Positions 11,890 through 23,887 of a stretch of 64,000 nt of DNA are shown one piece after another. The translations under genes were made by a program, and so were the position numbers. The notes under the pieces were generated by a model, which saw only the letters and a program-made list of their open reading frames with translations, searched no databases and was not told the origin of the DNA. The DNA is from Eledone cirrhosa. Its lineage: Eukaryota. How positions within the stretch are numbered: the first letter of the stretch is position 1; every line of letters begins with the position of its first letter. The DNA lies in NCBI GenBank assembly GCA_964016885.1, contig OZ024744.1:65410001-65474000 (forward strand). Direction: 5' to 3'.

Positions 11890-12576
11890 CTGGAAACAAT
11901 TTGTTGAAGTAAAATATATTAATCTTTCATGTTAATATTACAAAAATAGACATCTTGTGGTTAGTATATTTAGTTTTCTATTTTAAAATCTTTTAATTGT
12001 AATTTGAAATTCCATTTCTGAGGAAATATTTTTAAAATAAACTTGAAAACAATGAAGTTAACACATTAAAAATAGAATGGTTATGTTTTAAAAGAATTTC
12101 AATAAACAAGATAAGTTTATTACATGATTAATAGTCTAAGAGGAAAACCAAACATGCTGGCAAGCAGAAACCTCTCTTTACTACAGTAAAAAAAAAATAA
12201 AAAAAAAAAAAAAGCCTGGTATGGAAATGTATTCTGCTACTCCCTGTCCAAAAGCTGTTCTACAAGATACAGTTGAAGAAGCAATAAACAAATAAAATCC
12301 TTGTCTGACTTCAAAGACAGGACAGGTCTTAACTCTGTGACCCTTCAATGTTTGACAGAGAACAGGGATCAGCAATGATTGCTGACAGTCAGAAAATCTA
12401 GAGTGGAATCTCAACTGACTGTGCTAGTCGCAGGAAGATGATCGGGATTATAAAAACAGCCTAGCATCTCATAAATCAAAGAACCCCATACCCACCTCCC
12501 AATTTCCAGCAAGAGGAATAGAAAATAACATTTACAAACAAAACTTAGGTCTATAGTGGATATTAGTCAGGAGTAT

Positions 12577-12607
<31 letters not shown>

Positions 12608-13184
12608 CAATTAACATCTTCCACACTTGCATGGGTTACACAGGTCCCATTTAGAAGCAAGTTGGGTTGGGTGACTGTGTCTTGCTCATATAGGGGTGTT
12701 CCTGGCTGGTTTTCTACGGCTAGATGCCCTTCCTAACACCAACCACATTGACAGTGTGTACTGGGTGTTTTTTTTGTGTCTTTTACACGTCTACTTTACA
12801 GTGGAAAAGAAAATTCATATTACAATATAGTGACTGGTAGAATTGGTAGAACACCGAAACAAAATACCTTGCACCATTTAGTTATGTCCAATAACTTAAC
12901 ATCCAGTAATGATTTAGCAGAGAATATCTAAAAGCGGGCTTGCTAATTCAAGTGTTAATTGTATCTTTACTACTGGACAGATTGTTGTGAAAATTTTCAG
13001 TAAATAAAAGTAGATTTTAATATTTAATGTGATGCAGTCAAACTGTTGTTTTGTACATTTCAAAAGCATTTTGCAGATCTGTACAAGCAAGATGTGGTCA
13101 CCTGACCTAACTAGTTTCATAAATGACAACCCATCTAACCCATGTTAAACGGTGATGATATAGATTTTTTTTTCTTTTCGACCT

Positions 13185-13415
13185 TTCCCCTTCATCGCCC
13201 ACTTATTCTTGGGAGGGTCGTGGGGGCAAAGTCCGCAAATATGCCTTCCAATGGTTATTGTCAGAAGCAACCACCATCTCCAATTAATCCGTAAATAAGA
13301 CCAGCCGAGCTCAAAGATGTGATCCAACCATCTTGCTCAAGGTCTACCACTGAGTCTCCTGCCAGCTGGTTTTTGCCTGTAAAATCTGTCCAGTGATTCT
13401 TTCCTGAGGTATTTC
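13185..13415 (-). mobile_element. Second RTE family 3' end
   Basis: Nucleotide similarity to 800-1020. Confidence 0.75.
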
Positions 13416-13789
13416 TGTAACTCAGTTGGGCCTTTCCCCACTGAACAAAAATACAGTTTTATCATGTCGTCAATTAGAATAATTTCTACCATTGATAAAA
13501 AGGCCAGAAATTGTAGTGGAGGAAACAGTTGGACATATTAGTCCAGTATTTATTTGCCGGGCACTATAATATGTCCCAGTAGGATAAATGACAAAATTGA
13601 CAGTGGCTTAATATGAATTCTGAATGTAAAGGACCATAACTAAATGCTATAAGGCAATCTGTTCCAGTGAATTGATTCTCACAATCTCTCACCAAACCAA
13701 GTATTCAATAAGGGTTTGTGATTTAGGCACAAGGCCAACAATTTTTTGGGGGAGGGGAAAATCGATTAAATCGAACCCAGTGTTACTGG

Positions 13790-14053
13790 TGTGGGTATGG
13801 TGTGACGTGCGGTGGCCGGAAGCAGGGGAGTGCTCGACCGGAAGGGTGCTTGGCCGGAAGGATGCTCGACCGGAAGGGCCAGCAGATGGGTCTCTTTCTA
13901 GTGGTGACCAGCAATGGTGCGGACGCGAGTTTCATAAATGACAACCCATCTAACCCATGTTAAGGAGTTGGAGGCACGTGGAAGAGGAGAAACCAGATGG
14001 GATTTAGCGGCGCCTATGAAAAGTGGTAAGTGAGATAGCTTTTTCTAACTACA
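13790..14053 (+). repeat. 5' LTR (264 bp)
   Basis: Direct repeat of 17683-17936 with about 14 substitutions counted by eye, 2 small indels and one replaced patch. Contains repeated CCGGAAG motifs. Confidence 0.93.
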
Positions 14054-14178
14054 AGCTATTTCGGCAATGGAAACTGAGATCTGATTGAAAAAAAAAAAAA
14101 AAAAAAAAAAAAGCTACTGGAAAAACAGAGAGGAGTCTTGTATTTTTTCTTATCACGTACCGCAAGACAAATTAGAAG

Positions 14179-17100
14179 ATGGCGACAAGACTACGAACAT
14201 GCGAAGCTATCAGGGCATTTACCGGGGAAAGTGATGTTGTCGCTTGGCTGCGAAAAGTCCGGCTGGTCGCAAGCTTGCAGAAGATAGAAGATGTGGATGG
14301 CCTCATGGCACTGTACCTCGAGGGGGACGCGATGGTACTCTTCCTTGAGTTGGACAAACACAGCCAAAGAGATGCGCAAAAGATTAAGAGGCGCATGATG
14401 GAAGCGTTCGCAGAGGGATCGTTAGCCGCCTCCGCTAAGCTGGCAAGAATTAGATGGAACAGTGAACGCGTTGACATTTTCGCAGCGGAAATACGGCGAT
14501 TGGCCATGTTGGCTGGATATCAGATGGAATGTGAACGCACGGTGCGGTTGGCGTTCATAAATGGATTTCCAGACGACACAGCGGTGAAACTGCAGCAAGT
14601 CCCGGGTTACAAAGAAATGGAAATGCGTGCACTGGTGGAGCAAGCCCGGATCATAGCAGAAGATGCCAAGAAGAGTGTTGCGGCGATAGCAACTACAGAG
14701 GCTCAAGACAGCTGGCAGCGAAATGGTGAAAGGGAGGCAACCACGGCACGCGGTCGCCTGCGAACGTTTAGAGGTCGCTGTTTTCGGTGCCAGGGCCCGC
14801 ACCTGCAGAGAATCAAGGTCGGAAATAATATGCTACCGGTGTAAGCGACCAGGCCACATTGCTATTAACTGCGACCAGGGAAACGATCCAAGGGGAATTG
14901 CTGCGCCGGTAGTTGCCCCTTACGAGTAGAGGCGCTGCCCGTGGTGGAAGTCTTTGTGAGGGGAAAGTCACAGCGAGCCCTCGTGGACACGGACTGTACG
15001 ATGACACTGGTGACCGCGGGGGTGGCGCAGAGGTGGAGAGGGAAGAGCAGTGTAAGGGCAGTCAACGGTAGGAAAATTGAATGCCGAGGTCGCAGCGAGG
15101 TGGAAATAGCAGTACGGGGAAGGAAAATAAGGCTTTCTGCCATTGTAGTAGACAGCGTGGTGGATGGGATCGGCATGGTTATGGGCATGGACGCAATTGG
15201 CCGTCTAGGAGGCGTCACAGTGAACAACGTCGGTGTGTCGTTTGGCACCGCTGCATCGGTATGCGCTGTGAGTGCGCGACAGGAGAACCAGAAGGCCCAC
15301 GAGGGGAAATACCCTGCTTACACTGTGCAGGACAAAGACTTCAAGGCCGTGTTCGATGGGCAGCGATGGGTTGTTGAGTGGTACTGGAAGGGAGAACCAC
15401 CAACACTGAAGACCAAAGTGGGCTGCTATCAACACACATTGAAGGGAAACATTAGGAGCGAGTTCGAGCGAGAGGTAGAGAGATGGATTGAGGAGGGCAT
15501 ACTGCTTCCCTGGAAGAGTATTGCCATTAATGGCGGTGGCGCAACCCACAAAGAACAAGGTGAGGCCGGTGCTGGACTTTCGGGAGCTGAACGAGCACGT
15601 GTCATGCCACACGGGTGGCGAGGTCACGGATGTCTGTGGGGAAACCCTGCGTGAGTGGAGACGCATGACGGGGGGTTCAGCAATCGTAGATCTAAAGTCG
15701 GCATACTTGCAATTGCATATAGATGAGAAGCTCTGGCAGTATCAGCTGGTCAGGGATAAGGGCCGGACATATTGCCTGATCAGGCTCGGTTTCGGGCTGA
15801 GCTCCGCACCGAAGATCATGGCGGCAGTCCTCAAGACCATTCTGGGAAAGGCCGACAAGATGAAGAGGGCCACTCCTATATTGACGACATCCTAGTGGAC
15901 GAGTCTGTGGCGTCGGCGGCGGAGCTCACGAACCATTTACAGGGGTATGGACTGGCTGTGAAGCCGTCAGAAGCATTGGAGGGAGGAGCCGCGCTGGGAC
16001 TTAGGCTACGGCGAGACAGGACGGGCGTCTTGGTATTCCAGAGGGGAAATGAGGTTCCAGAACTGGGCCCAAGTATGAGTAGGCGGGAGCTTTTCTCGGT
16101 GTATGGAAAGTTGGTGGGTCACTACCCAGTTACTGGGTGGCTCCGGACGGCATGCAGCTATGTCAAGAGACAAGCGGGAGGAGTGACTTGGAGTGACAGA
16201 GTGGGAGAGAGGACGGTGGCCATGATGCAGGAGATCGTGGGGAGGGTTAAGGCCGACGACCCAGTGCGGGGACGCTGGTATGTTCCCAAATCACAGAGCG
16301 GGACCGTATGGTGCGATGCCAGTAGCATAGCGCTGGGTGTCACGTTGGAGATAGGAGGTGTTGAGGTCGAGGATGCAGCCTGGCTTAAGAAGAAGGACGA
16401 CTGCAACCACATCAATGTGGCCGAACTGAACACGGTGTTGAGAAGGGTGAACCTCGCCGTGAGGTGGGGACTGCGCACCATCAAGATACGCACCGACTCG
16501 GTTACTGTACTTGGATGGGTAAGATCAGTGCTCACCAGTGAGAAGAGAGTGCGAACGAGAGGGGCGGCGGAGATGCTGATAAAGTGCCGCCTGGGAACTT
16601 TAGGAGAGCTGGCCACCGACCCAAGGCTGAGCGTAGTTTTCGTGCCCTTAGAGAAAAATAGGGCGGATGTCTTAACTAGGGTGAAGAAAGCCTGGATGGA
16701 AGCGCCGGAGGAGGTAGAAGATGAGATAGCTGCCATGTGTCGGCTGACCGAGTCAGATCTGAAAGGGTTGCATGACATGCACCACATGGGAGTGGATAGG
16801 AGCCTGTTCCTAGCCAGGAGAATCGACTCGGACGTTAACAGACACAGTGTTCAAAGGGTGGTTAGAGGCTGCGTCCGATGTCAGTCCATTGATTCCGCCC
16901 CGAGTGTGCATGAAACGGGAAGCCTCCCGGTGGATCATGATTGGAAGCGATTGGCGGTGGATGTAACGCACTACCGACAGGGAACGTACCTCTCGATGGT
17001 CGACTGTGGACCAGGACGGATGGCGATATGGAGGGAGATGAAGACTGGAACGGCCGAGGAAATCATGCGGACGTTGAGAGGTGTTCTTGGAGCGGGGCCC

Positions 17101-17560
17101 TGTGGACGAACTGCTGATGGACAACAGCGCAGCGTTCCGCTCGGAGGTGCTGAGGGAGATGCTCGATGGATGGAAGGTGGACCGTTTCTTCAGGGCAGCG
17201 CACAGGCCGAGCGGGAATGGAATTGTGGAGCGAGATCACCGGACGATCAAGGCAATGGCGGAGCGGGGCCACATCTCACCAATGGAGGCAGTGTTCTGGT
17301 ACAACATGTCCCCTCGGGTCGGACAGGTCGAGGAATCGGTGCCACACAGAGCAGTATTTAGATACGAGTGGCAGCACCCGTGCACCCCACCACAACGGCC
17401 AGTGGGGAGAGAGAGTGCATTCGTGCAGGTGGGCGAAGAAGTCTGGGTTAAGCCCCCAGATGTACGTTGCATATCTCAATGGGAAAGGGGAACGGAGTAC
17501 CACGTCATGTCCTGGATGTCCGTAGAATCACTGTGTCAACGGACTCCGAGGAAGAGGAAA
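14179..17560 (+). pseudogene. Frameshifted gag-pol of the LTR element
   Basis: ORFs 14179..14844, 14723..14929, 14941..15654, 15488..15895, 15772..17361 and 17081.. tile gag, PR, RT, RH and IN in changing frames. The protease DTG motif reads DTD. Confidence 0.88.
14878..14920 (+). promoter_or_regulatory. Putative -1 programmed ribosomal frameshift signal (gag to pol)
   Basis: G_GGA_AAC heptamer in the gag frame, a 6-nt spacer, then hairpin AGGGG-AATTGCT / GGTAGTT-G-CCCCT. The -1 frame is open into the protease ORF. Confidence 0.75.
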
Positions 17561-17682
17561 CCAAAAGTACCGCCCCAACACTGCGGAGATCGCAAAGAAG
17601 TCGTAAACCACCAACCTGGACAGCAGACTTTCATATGCAGAAGGACGAGGGGGAAATTGATCCTTGAGATCAGGAGGGGGTG

Positions 17683-17936
17683 TGTAGGTATGGTGTGGCG
17701 TGCGGTGGCCGGAAGCGGGGGAGTACTCGACCGGAAGGGTGCTTGGCTGGAAGGATGCTCGACCGGAAGGGCCAGCAGATGGGTCTCTCTCTAGTGGTGA
17801 CTAGCAACGGTATGGACGCGAGTTTTGGTAGCTCCCGGTGTTAAGGAGTTGGATGCACATGGAAGAGGAGAAACCAGCAGTGGGATTTAGCGGCGCCTAT
17901 GAAAAGCGGTAAGTGAGATAGCTTTTTCTAACCACA
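17683..17936 (+). repeat. 3' LTR (254 bp)
   Basis: TGTAG...CCACA, preceded by the PPT CAGGAGGGGG and followed by the TSD. Confidence 0.93.
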
Positions 17937-18498
17937 ACTGGTACCTTATTTTAGCCACCCTATAAGGTTGAAAAGCAGTATTTGTGTTGAATTATAAGAC
18001 AAATGAAGAAAATAGGTTAAAGTGACCCATTTTAATTAAAAGTATTCCCCCATTTAATTTTAATAAAATATAGTTAAATCAATATTTAAATAGTGGCGAT
18101 GTATTTGTTTTGCAAGGTTTTTTTTATAAGAAATCATGTGTTGAAACAGATATTGTTATATTCAGTGAGGGTCATGTTGTTCTAATATTGCCAAAAATAA
18201 TAATAATACAAAAGAACTTTGAGAAACTATATTTATATAATAAAAATATAAAAATATACTGAAGTGAAAACCAAACCAAACCAAACGGTGTGTTTTATTA
18301 TTATTATTGGCAGTAATAGGACAACATGACCCTCCCCAAATATAACAATATTTAAATACTCATAGAAAAAATTTGTAAATATGGGGCTAAAAAGTGGACT
18401 GTTGCCTGTGTAGATTCATTGGTAATTAAGTTTAATTAAGTTGGCCCATTTAAATTCTATAAAATTACATATAAAACGAAAAATTTATTTGAACTTAC

Positions 18499-18626
18499 CG
18501 CATATCTAAAACTTGATGTGTTATATGAGATATGTCATGTGTGGCGTCAAATAAAAATAATTTAAAATCACAGACAACAATAAACTGCCGAATCCAGCCT
18601 TTTTTTATTCCACCAGGTCTGGGAAT
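18499..18626 (-). CDS. MRCK: MRCK exon: PH domain start (IPRPGGIKKGWIRQFIVVCDFKLFLFDATHDISHITHQVLDMR)
   Basis: TAG/GTAAGT, 128 nt, phase 0 to 2. Contains the MRCK signature IPKPxGVKKGW...VCDFKLFLYD...DMR. Confidence 0.95.
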
Positions 18627-19810
18627 CTATAGAAAAAAATGAAAAAAAAAATTAAATTTGATTATTCATATATAGAGAGGTGTAGCTTCATAGCCATAGC
18701 AAAGACAACTTCATCTGGGTAGCTAGGCAATCAGAACAAATCCAACAACTAATGGAAAGGAAGACCTGTCAACTCTCCCTGTCTGATGGGGAAATATCTC
18801 ACCCACTTTGGGGTGGGTGAGAGATGTTTTCTCTTGTAAAAATGGGGTCATTATGTAAAATCTCTGCCATTTTGCCTCATTTCTCACCATTTTGGGACAT
18901 TTTTTTTTTTTTCATAGTACTCCCCGTTTGGGTTTTTAGAGGTTGGCAGGTCTGGAAAGGGTTCTGACATTACAAAGGAGATAGACTGCAAGTCACAGCA
19001 AACTGTTCAGAAGAGCAGAAAATATGAACGAAAATACACCCAGCCAACTCCAAATACTTGAATGGGACAGTCATGGACTCCATATGCTATAGTGAAGGTA
19101 GTGACTGAATTAAAAAAATAAGTGTAAAGATTGCACTTTAGTTCAGATGAGCCTCTCTAGTGCAAGTGGTATGATAAAATGCCAAAAAATATGAAATACA
19201 TAACATACTCCATAAACCCTGTGTATACAGGGTTAACACTAACCATATTTACGCTGCACACGATAATGGGGTGGCTAGTTGGAAACATTTGACCATGTGC
19301 AAAGATCCCTTAAACAATCATCAAGCTATCGCACGCTTCCTTTCAGGTCAGAATACATTCAAATAGACAGAGATGGAGAAGAGCTTCAACCTAACTCCTC
19401 ACTGGGAAAGAAAACCAGTAGAAACACATCTGGGTAGGTATTGTAGGTATAATGTGAGCAGAGCCATGAATAAATGGTGCAATCAATGCAGTTAGAATAT
19501 GTGATAGAATTTTTGAAACTTAGGCTATTTGCAGGCAATACAACAGCTATCATCTCTGCTTACACACACAATAATTGGGACTGAACAATGAAGCAAAAGG
19601 ATCACTTCTGAGGACCACCTCAATAATGAATAGCAAGGACCTTATGGCTGGCAACTTTAATAGATATGTTAGACAGCACAAGATGGCTACTGTAGAATTC
19701 ACGGTGACTATATGTACAGTTTGATTCAAGACTCCTAGAATTCTGTGATGCAAATAACCTATCCATCTGCAATGCCAACTTCAGAAAACTAGCCAGTTGA
19801 TCACTTGCCA

Positions 19811-20260
19811 ATCATCATCATCACCGTTTTACGTCCGTTCTTCCATGCTAGCATGGGTTGTCCTGTTGTGGGCAGTGTCTGGTCGGCTGACCATGCCTTG
19901 CTCATACAGGAACTGATTTTGGCTTGATTTCTACAGCTGGATGCCCTTCCTAACACCAGCCTCATTTATAGTGAGTGCTGGGTGCTTTTTCCGTGGCGCA
20001 TACACGTCCACTTTACAGTGTGGGCTGGGTGCTTTTTTAGCCGTGGCACCTCCACAACCACCTTGCAGTGGGAGGGTGTGGGGCATATTGTCTATATGCT
20101 TCAGCTTGTACCCAGGGGAGGTCGGGTACTCTGTATTACTGCGTGACGCCAGAGGTCACGGTCGTGTGTCATCGCCTTTGAGAGGTGTAATTGGGTAAGG
20201 TCGGCTTTTATCACCTCATCCCAGGTCTTCTTGGGTTTCCCCACTCCGCGGTTTCCATTG
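19811..20260 (-). mobile_element. RTE 3' end (ORF end, 3' UTR, (GAT)n tail)
   Basis: GKPKKTWDEVIKADL motif plus the shared GTTAGGAAGGGCATCCAGCTGTAGAAA 3' UTR. Confidence 0.85.
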
Positions 20261-20827
20261 TAAATCTCAATGTAAACCAGATGACTTCATCACAGCCCAT
20301 ACATTTTAATGACAAATGGTACCAATAATATTGTAGTTATAATGTAATCAATAACAAAACATATTTGAAAGGAATAAAAAACTATGTATATATAGACACC
20401 TAACTCCTGATGAGTTGTAGGGGTGTCATAGTAACAGAGTTTCTTGGGATCTGCCATGTTTTAAAAAAATGTCCATCTCCTTTCCAGGTCTAAAAACAGC
20501 TGATTTCTTTCAGAGAAGAAAAGAAAGTGAAAGAGAGAAAGTGCGATACAGGAAAAGAGGAAGAATTAACTCTAGTACCAGACTGGTACTTTTTTTATCA
20601 ACCTCAAATATATGTAAACAAAGTTTACCTCAGTTGGACCTGAACTCTAGGTGAAAAGAGTACGATTATCATAAAGCATTCTATCTGATGTTCTAATGAT
20701 TGTCAATGTCACCTCAGAAGACTAAATAGTTTGATTATCTTTGTTCATATTCTAAAAATACTTTTACCAATGTCCATTGTTGACCCAACTAAATAATTGT
20801 TTAGAAATAAGTAGAAAAATAACTTAC

Positions 20828-20895
20828 TTTTGCAAAGTATTCAAACGCAGTTCCAATGCCTTTGTCGAGACGTATACCAGGGTAAGTATGAGTAG
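20828..20895 (-). CDS. MRCK: MRCK exon: C1-PH linker ((T)THTYPGIRLDKGIGTAFEYFAK)
   Basis: AAG/GTAAGT, 68 nt, phase 1 to 0. Matches LGIDPQKGIGTAYEGHVR. Confidence 0.9.
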
Positions 20896-21781
20896 CTTCA
20901 AAAATAGATTTTAGAAAAATAACATTTAATTAATGTAGGGTTAGAGTAGTGTAAATGTTTATTGGTGGTTAATACAACTAATGTTTTGTTGTTTGAATTT
21001 CAATGTTGCCACTTGTTAGTAAAACATTTACAGATAGTGAATTCATGATGTATGCAAATTGGGAAACGTTCAACAATGTAAGAACTCTTTACTAAACTAG
21101 AACAGATTGCAAGGTATCCTGTCTGACACTAACAATTCTAGTAGGCCACCACCCTGGACTGGTACTTTATTTACCAGCACCAAAAAGATAAAGAACAAAA
21201 TTGATCTCAACGAGATATGAACTTAGAGCTCAAACAAATACTGCAACACAATCTATTGTGAATCAATTACACTATCTTGTACATATGGTGTGCAGCTTGC
21301 TAGTTTAGAGGATTAGAAGCCATCTAATAGTGGCAGAAAAAGCACACATAAGAAGTATGTCTGTTAGCAAGGGTCTAAAATAGTCTATTCATTGAGCAGT
21401 AACCATTCATCCCAATAGTTATCTTTGGAGTGTAGTCAGTGCCAGATTTACCATTATGCTTAGGTGTGCTTAAGTGCAGGGCCCTGTTGACCAGGGGGAC
21501 CCATCTTCCTGACAAAGTTGTTAACCTCATGTTCCATCCCTTCTCCCTTCTGAATACAGGCCCAAAACTAACCTAGCATTTCAAAAGGGGGTGTTCATAA
21601 CCTTAGCTAGGGGCCCATTTCAAGTAGTGTCAGCTGGAGGCAGCTGACAGTACCTGGAACTCAATCAATTCACTATTTTTATAGATAATGTTATGTCCAG
21701 TATTGAAATAACATTTCTTTGAATTGTTTCAAAGAGCCAGTGGGTAATCATCATTATCATCATCATCACATGTTCAATTAA

Positions 21782-21980
21782 CCCTTTACCATTTACATTA
21801 CTCTATATACACTATAGTATTTTTGTGGTAAAGCTTTATCTCACATAATATCGAATCTATGAAATTCTGATGTTATTTTGAGAACACTACCTTAACATCA
21901 GTATGATTGGCCAGTTATGGCCAGTTTGCACAGAGAGTAGAAAATTCTGGCTGGATATGGCCGGTTTAAATGTTAAAGGA
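21782..21980. mobile_element. piggyBac-like MITE, same family as 138-358
   Basis: TTAA flanks and colinear similarity. Confidence 0.8.
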
Positions 21981-23068
21981 TTAAAGAAAGACTCACAATT
22001 AGATGAGATTTAGTGAAACACATACTACATACCATTAATTCAACTGCCAGATCACAGCTCTATAAACACTAATTTATACATAAAACCAATAAATACACTG
22101 GTGAATATTGCCAATGAACATTTATAACAAACTGGTGAACTCACAGAATAAATAACTTTTTCCCCCCTTTTATGGACTACGATTATGGACCATCCATCGG
22201 CTTTGATAATGAGCATTCAGTTGGTCAATCAACTGAATGCCTGGCTCATTAAATTAATGAATCACTGATTGAGTATTCCTCCCACCAACACCACCCTCTC
22301 TCTGTAAAGTTGGTATCACAACATCCAGTCCAAATAAATGAGATAATGAGATCGAGATCATGTAGGTGTCACGACAAAAAAAAAACACACACTCCACGCT
22401 ATAATGTGGCCGTGTAGGTAACACGGTAAAAAGTTCCCAGTCCACACTGTAAATGTGGTTGGTGTTAGGAAGGGCATCCAGCCTAGAAAACCTGCCAGAT
22501 AGTCCTATATGAGCAAGACACGGTCACCCGACCAACCTTGCCTCAAGTGGGACAACTCCCGTCTAACCCATGCTAGCGTGGAAGATGGACGTTAAACAAA
22601 GATGATGATGATAGACATGTGTACTCTTAATTATCAGGCAAGGCAGAATCAGCACGACAGTGTGTGGCATGGATGGGCCTTAGAATTAGTTACAATCCAT
22701 CAAACTTGTTTTCACACATCTCTGTCACCTAATTTTACTCAAGGATTGAGTTTACACTTGCCCAAGTTGCCACACATCATCATCATCGTTTAACGTCCAT
22801 CTTCCACGCTGTACCATACTGTACTGATAGTATTAAATCAAATGGCACACATGTATATATTTATGTACTATCAAGAAGTAACACAAATGTAAATAATCAT
22901 TTTACATCCACTTTTCCCTGCTTGCAAGGCAAAACTGCTTCCTGTGTTGACAACAAAGGGTTTCTCCCTACAAATGAAAGGTTGGCTGTATGATACTTGT
23001 GTGCAATGCCGATGCTGCATGGTAGTGAGATGTGAGCAGCAACGGCAGAGGATATAATATATACTTAC

Positions 23069-23140
23069 TTTGTTCTTCTGGGACCGGGCATATATCTGGT
23101 ACTTTATCTCTACAATGCATATGGCAGTGATATTTACAGA
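23069..23140 (-). CDS. MRCK: MRCK exon: second half of C1 ((I)CKYHCHMHCRDKVPDICPVPEEQ)
   Basis: CAG/GTAAGT, 72 nt, phase 1-1. Completes the C1 zinc ligands and matches CGFSCHITCVNKAPTTCPVPPEQ. Confidence 0.93.
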
Positions 23141-23226
23141 CTGAAAATATATGTTTAAATTGTTTTTAGTTAATGAAACCAAATGTAAAGTACATCAAGA
23201 CAATTTTACAGTTGACTAATTAATTA

Positions 23227-23652
23227 GTCATGAATCTTGGGTAATGACCAAAAAATACAATCGCAAATACAAGCGACCGAAATGGGATTCCTCTGAAGGG
23301 TCTTTGGAGCAACGTTATTTGATAAAGTGTGTAGCTTGGAGATCAGAGAGTCACTCCAGGTAGAACCACTACTTCTCTGAATTGAGAGATCACAGCTCCG
23401 ATACTATGGGCATGTGGTTAGAATGTCTCAGGAAAGAATCACTGGACAGATTTTACAGGCAAAACCAACTGGCAAGAGACCCAAGAGTATACCCGAGCAA
23501 GATGGTTGGATAACATCCATGAGCTTGGCTTGTCATGCTTAGGGATCCAGCTGGATCAATTGGAGATAGTTGCTTCTGACAGGACCCACTGTAAGGAGTG
23601 TTTGAGGATTCAGCCCCTATGACCCTCTCAGGAATAAGTGGGAGAAGAAGAA
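23227..23652 (+). mobile_element. Second RTE family 3' end with (GAA)n tail
   Basis: Reverse-complement homolog of 790-1225. Confidence 0.82.
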
Positions 23653-23810
23653 GCCAGATTAATTGTATAGCAACTAAATTATGAGAGGAGTTTGAAAATG
23701 ATGTTTTTTTTTTATTTAAAAATTGTAACAAATAGTTTTTGTTTTCGTATTGCACCCCCACTTCTGCTTTGCCATAACATTTTTGCTTCTTGGACTACTG
23801 TTTCATTATA

Positions 23811-23887
23811 CAGGGTGCAGCAGAAAACCTCCCATATTTTACACAGTCAAACCTAAAAAATGAGGGAGGTAGTTTTGCTGCACCCTG
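23811..23887. mobile_element. 77-bp Tc1/mariner-type MITE
   Basis: TA|CAGGGTGCAGCAGAAAACCTCCC ... GGGAGGTAGTTTTGCTGCACCCTG|TA. Confidence 0.8.

Larger units (their letters stand above)
13790..17936 (+). mobile_element. Full-length but inactivated LTR retrotransposon (gag-PR-RT-RH-IN order; Ty3/Gypsy-like, with some BEL/Pao-like motifs), antisense to the host gene
   Basis: TG...CA LTRs at 13790-14053 and 17683-17936, 5-bp TSD ACTGG (13785-89 and 17937-41), and a polypurine tract before the 3' LTR. Two CCHC knuckles, protease LVDTDC, RT (VRPVLDFRELN, DLKSAYLQ, YIDD), RNase H (WCDASS..E..D), and integrase HHCC plus D,D,E (NGIVER). At least 4 disabling frameshifts. Confidence 0.95.

Noticed and set aside
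14172-17503. Minus-strand ORFs over the LTR element and LINE copies
   Set aside because: They are antisense shadows of GC-rich coding sequence with no recognisable motifs.
18660-19810. Higher-GC stretch with short ORFs, a possible extra exon or nested gene
   Set aside because: There are no recognisable domains, and the flanking MRCK exons already join in frame with no missing domain sequence. Probably decayed repeats.
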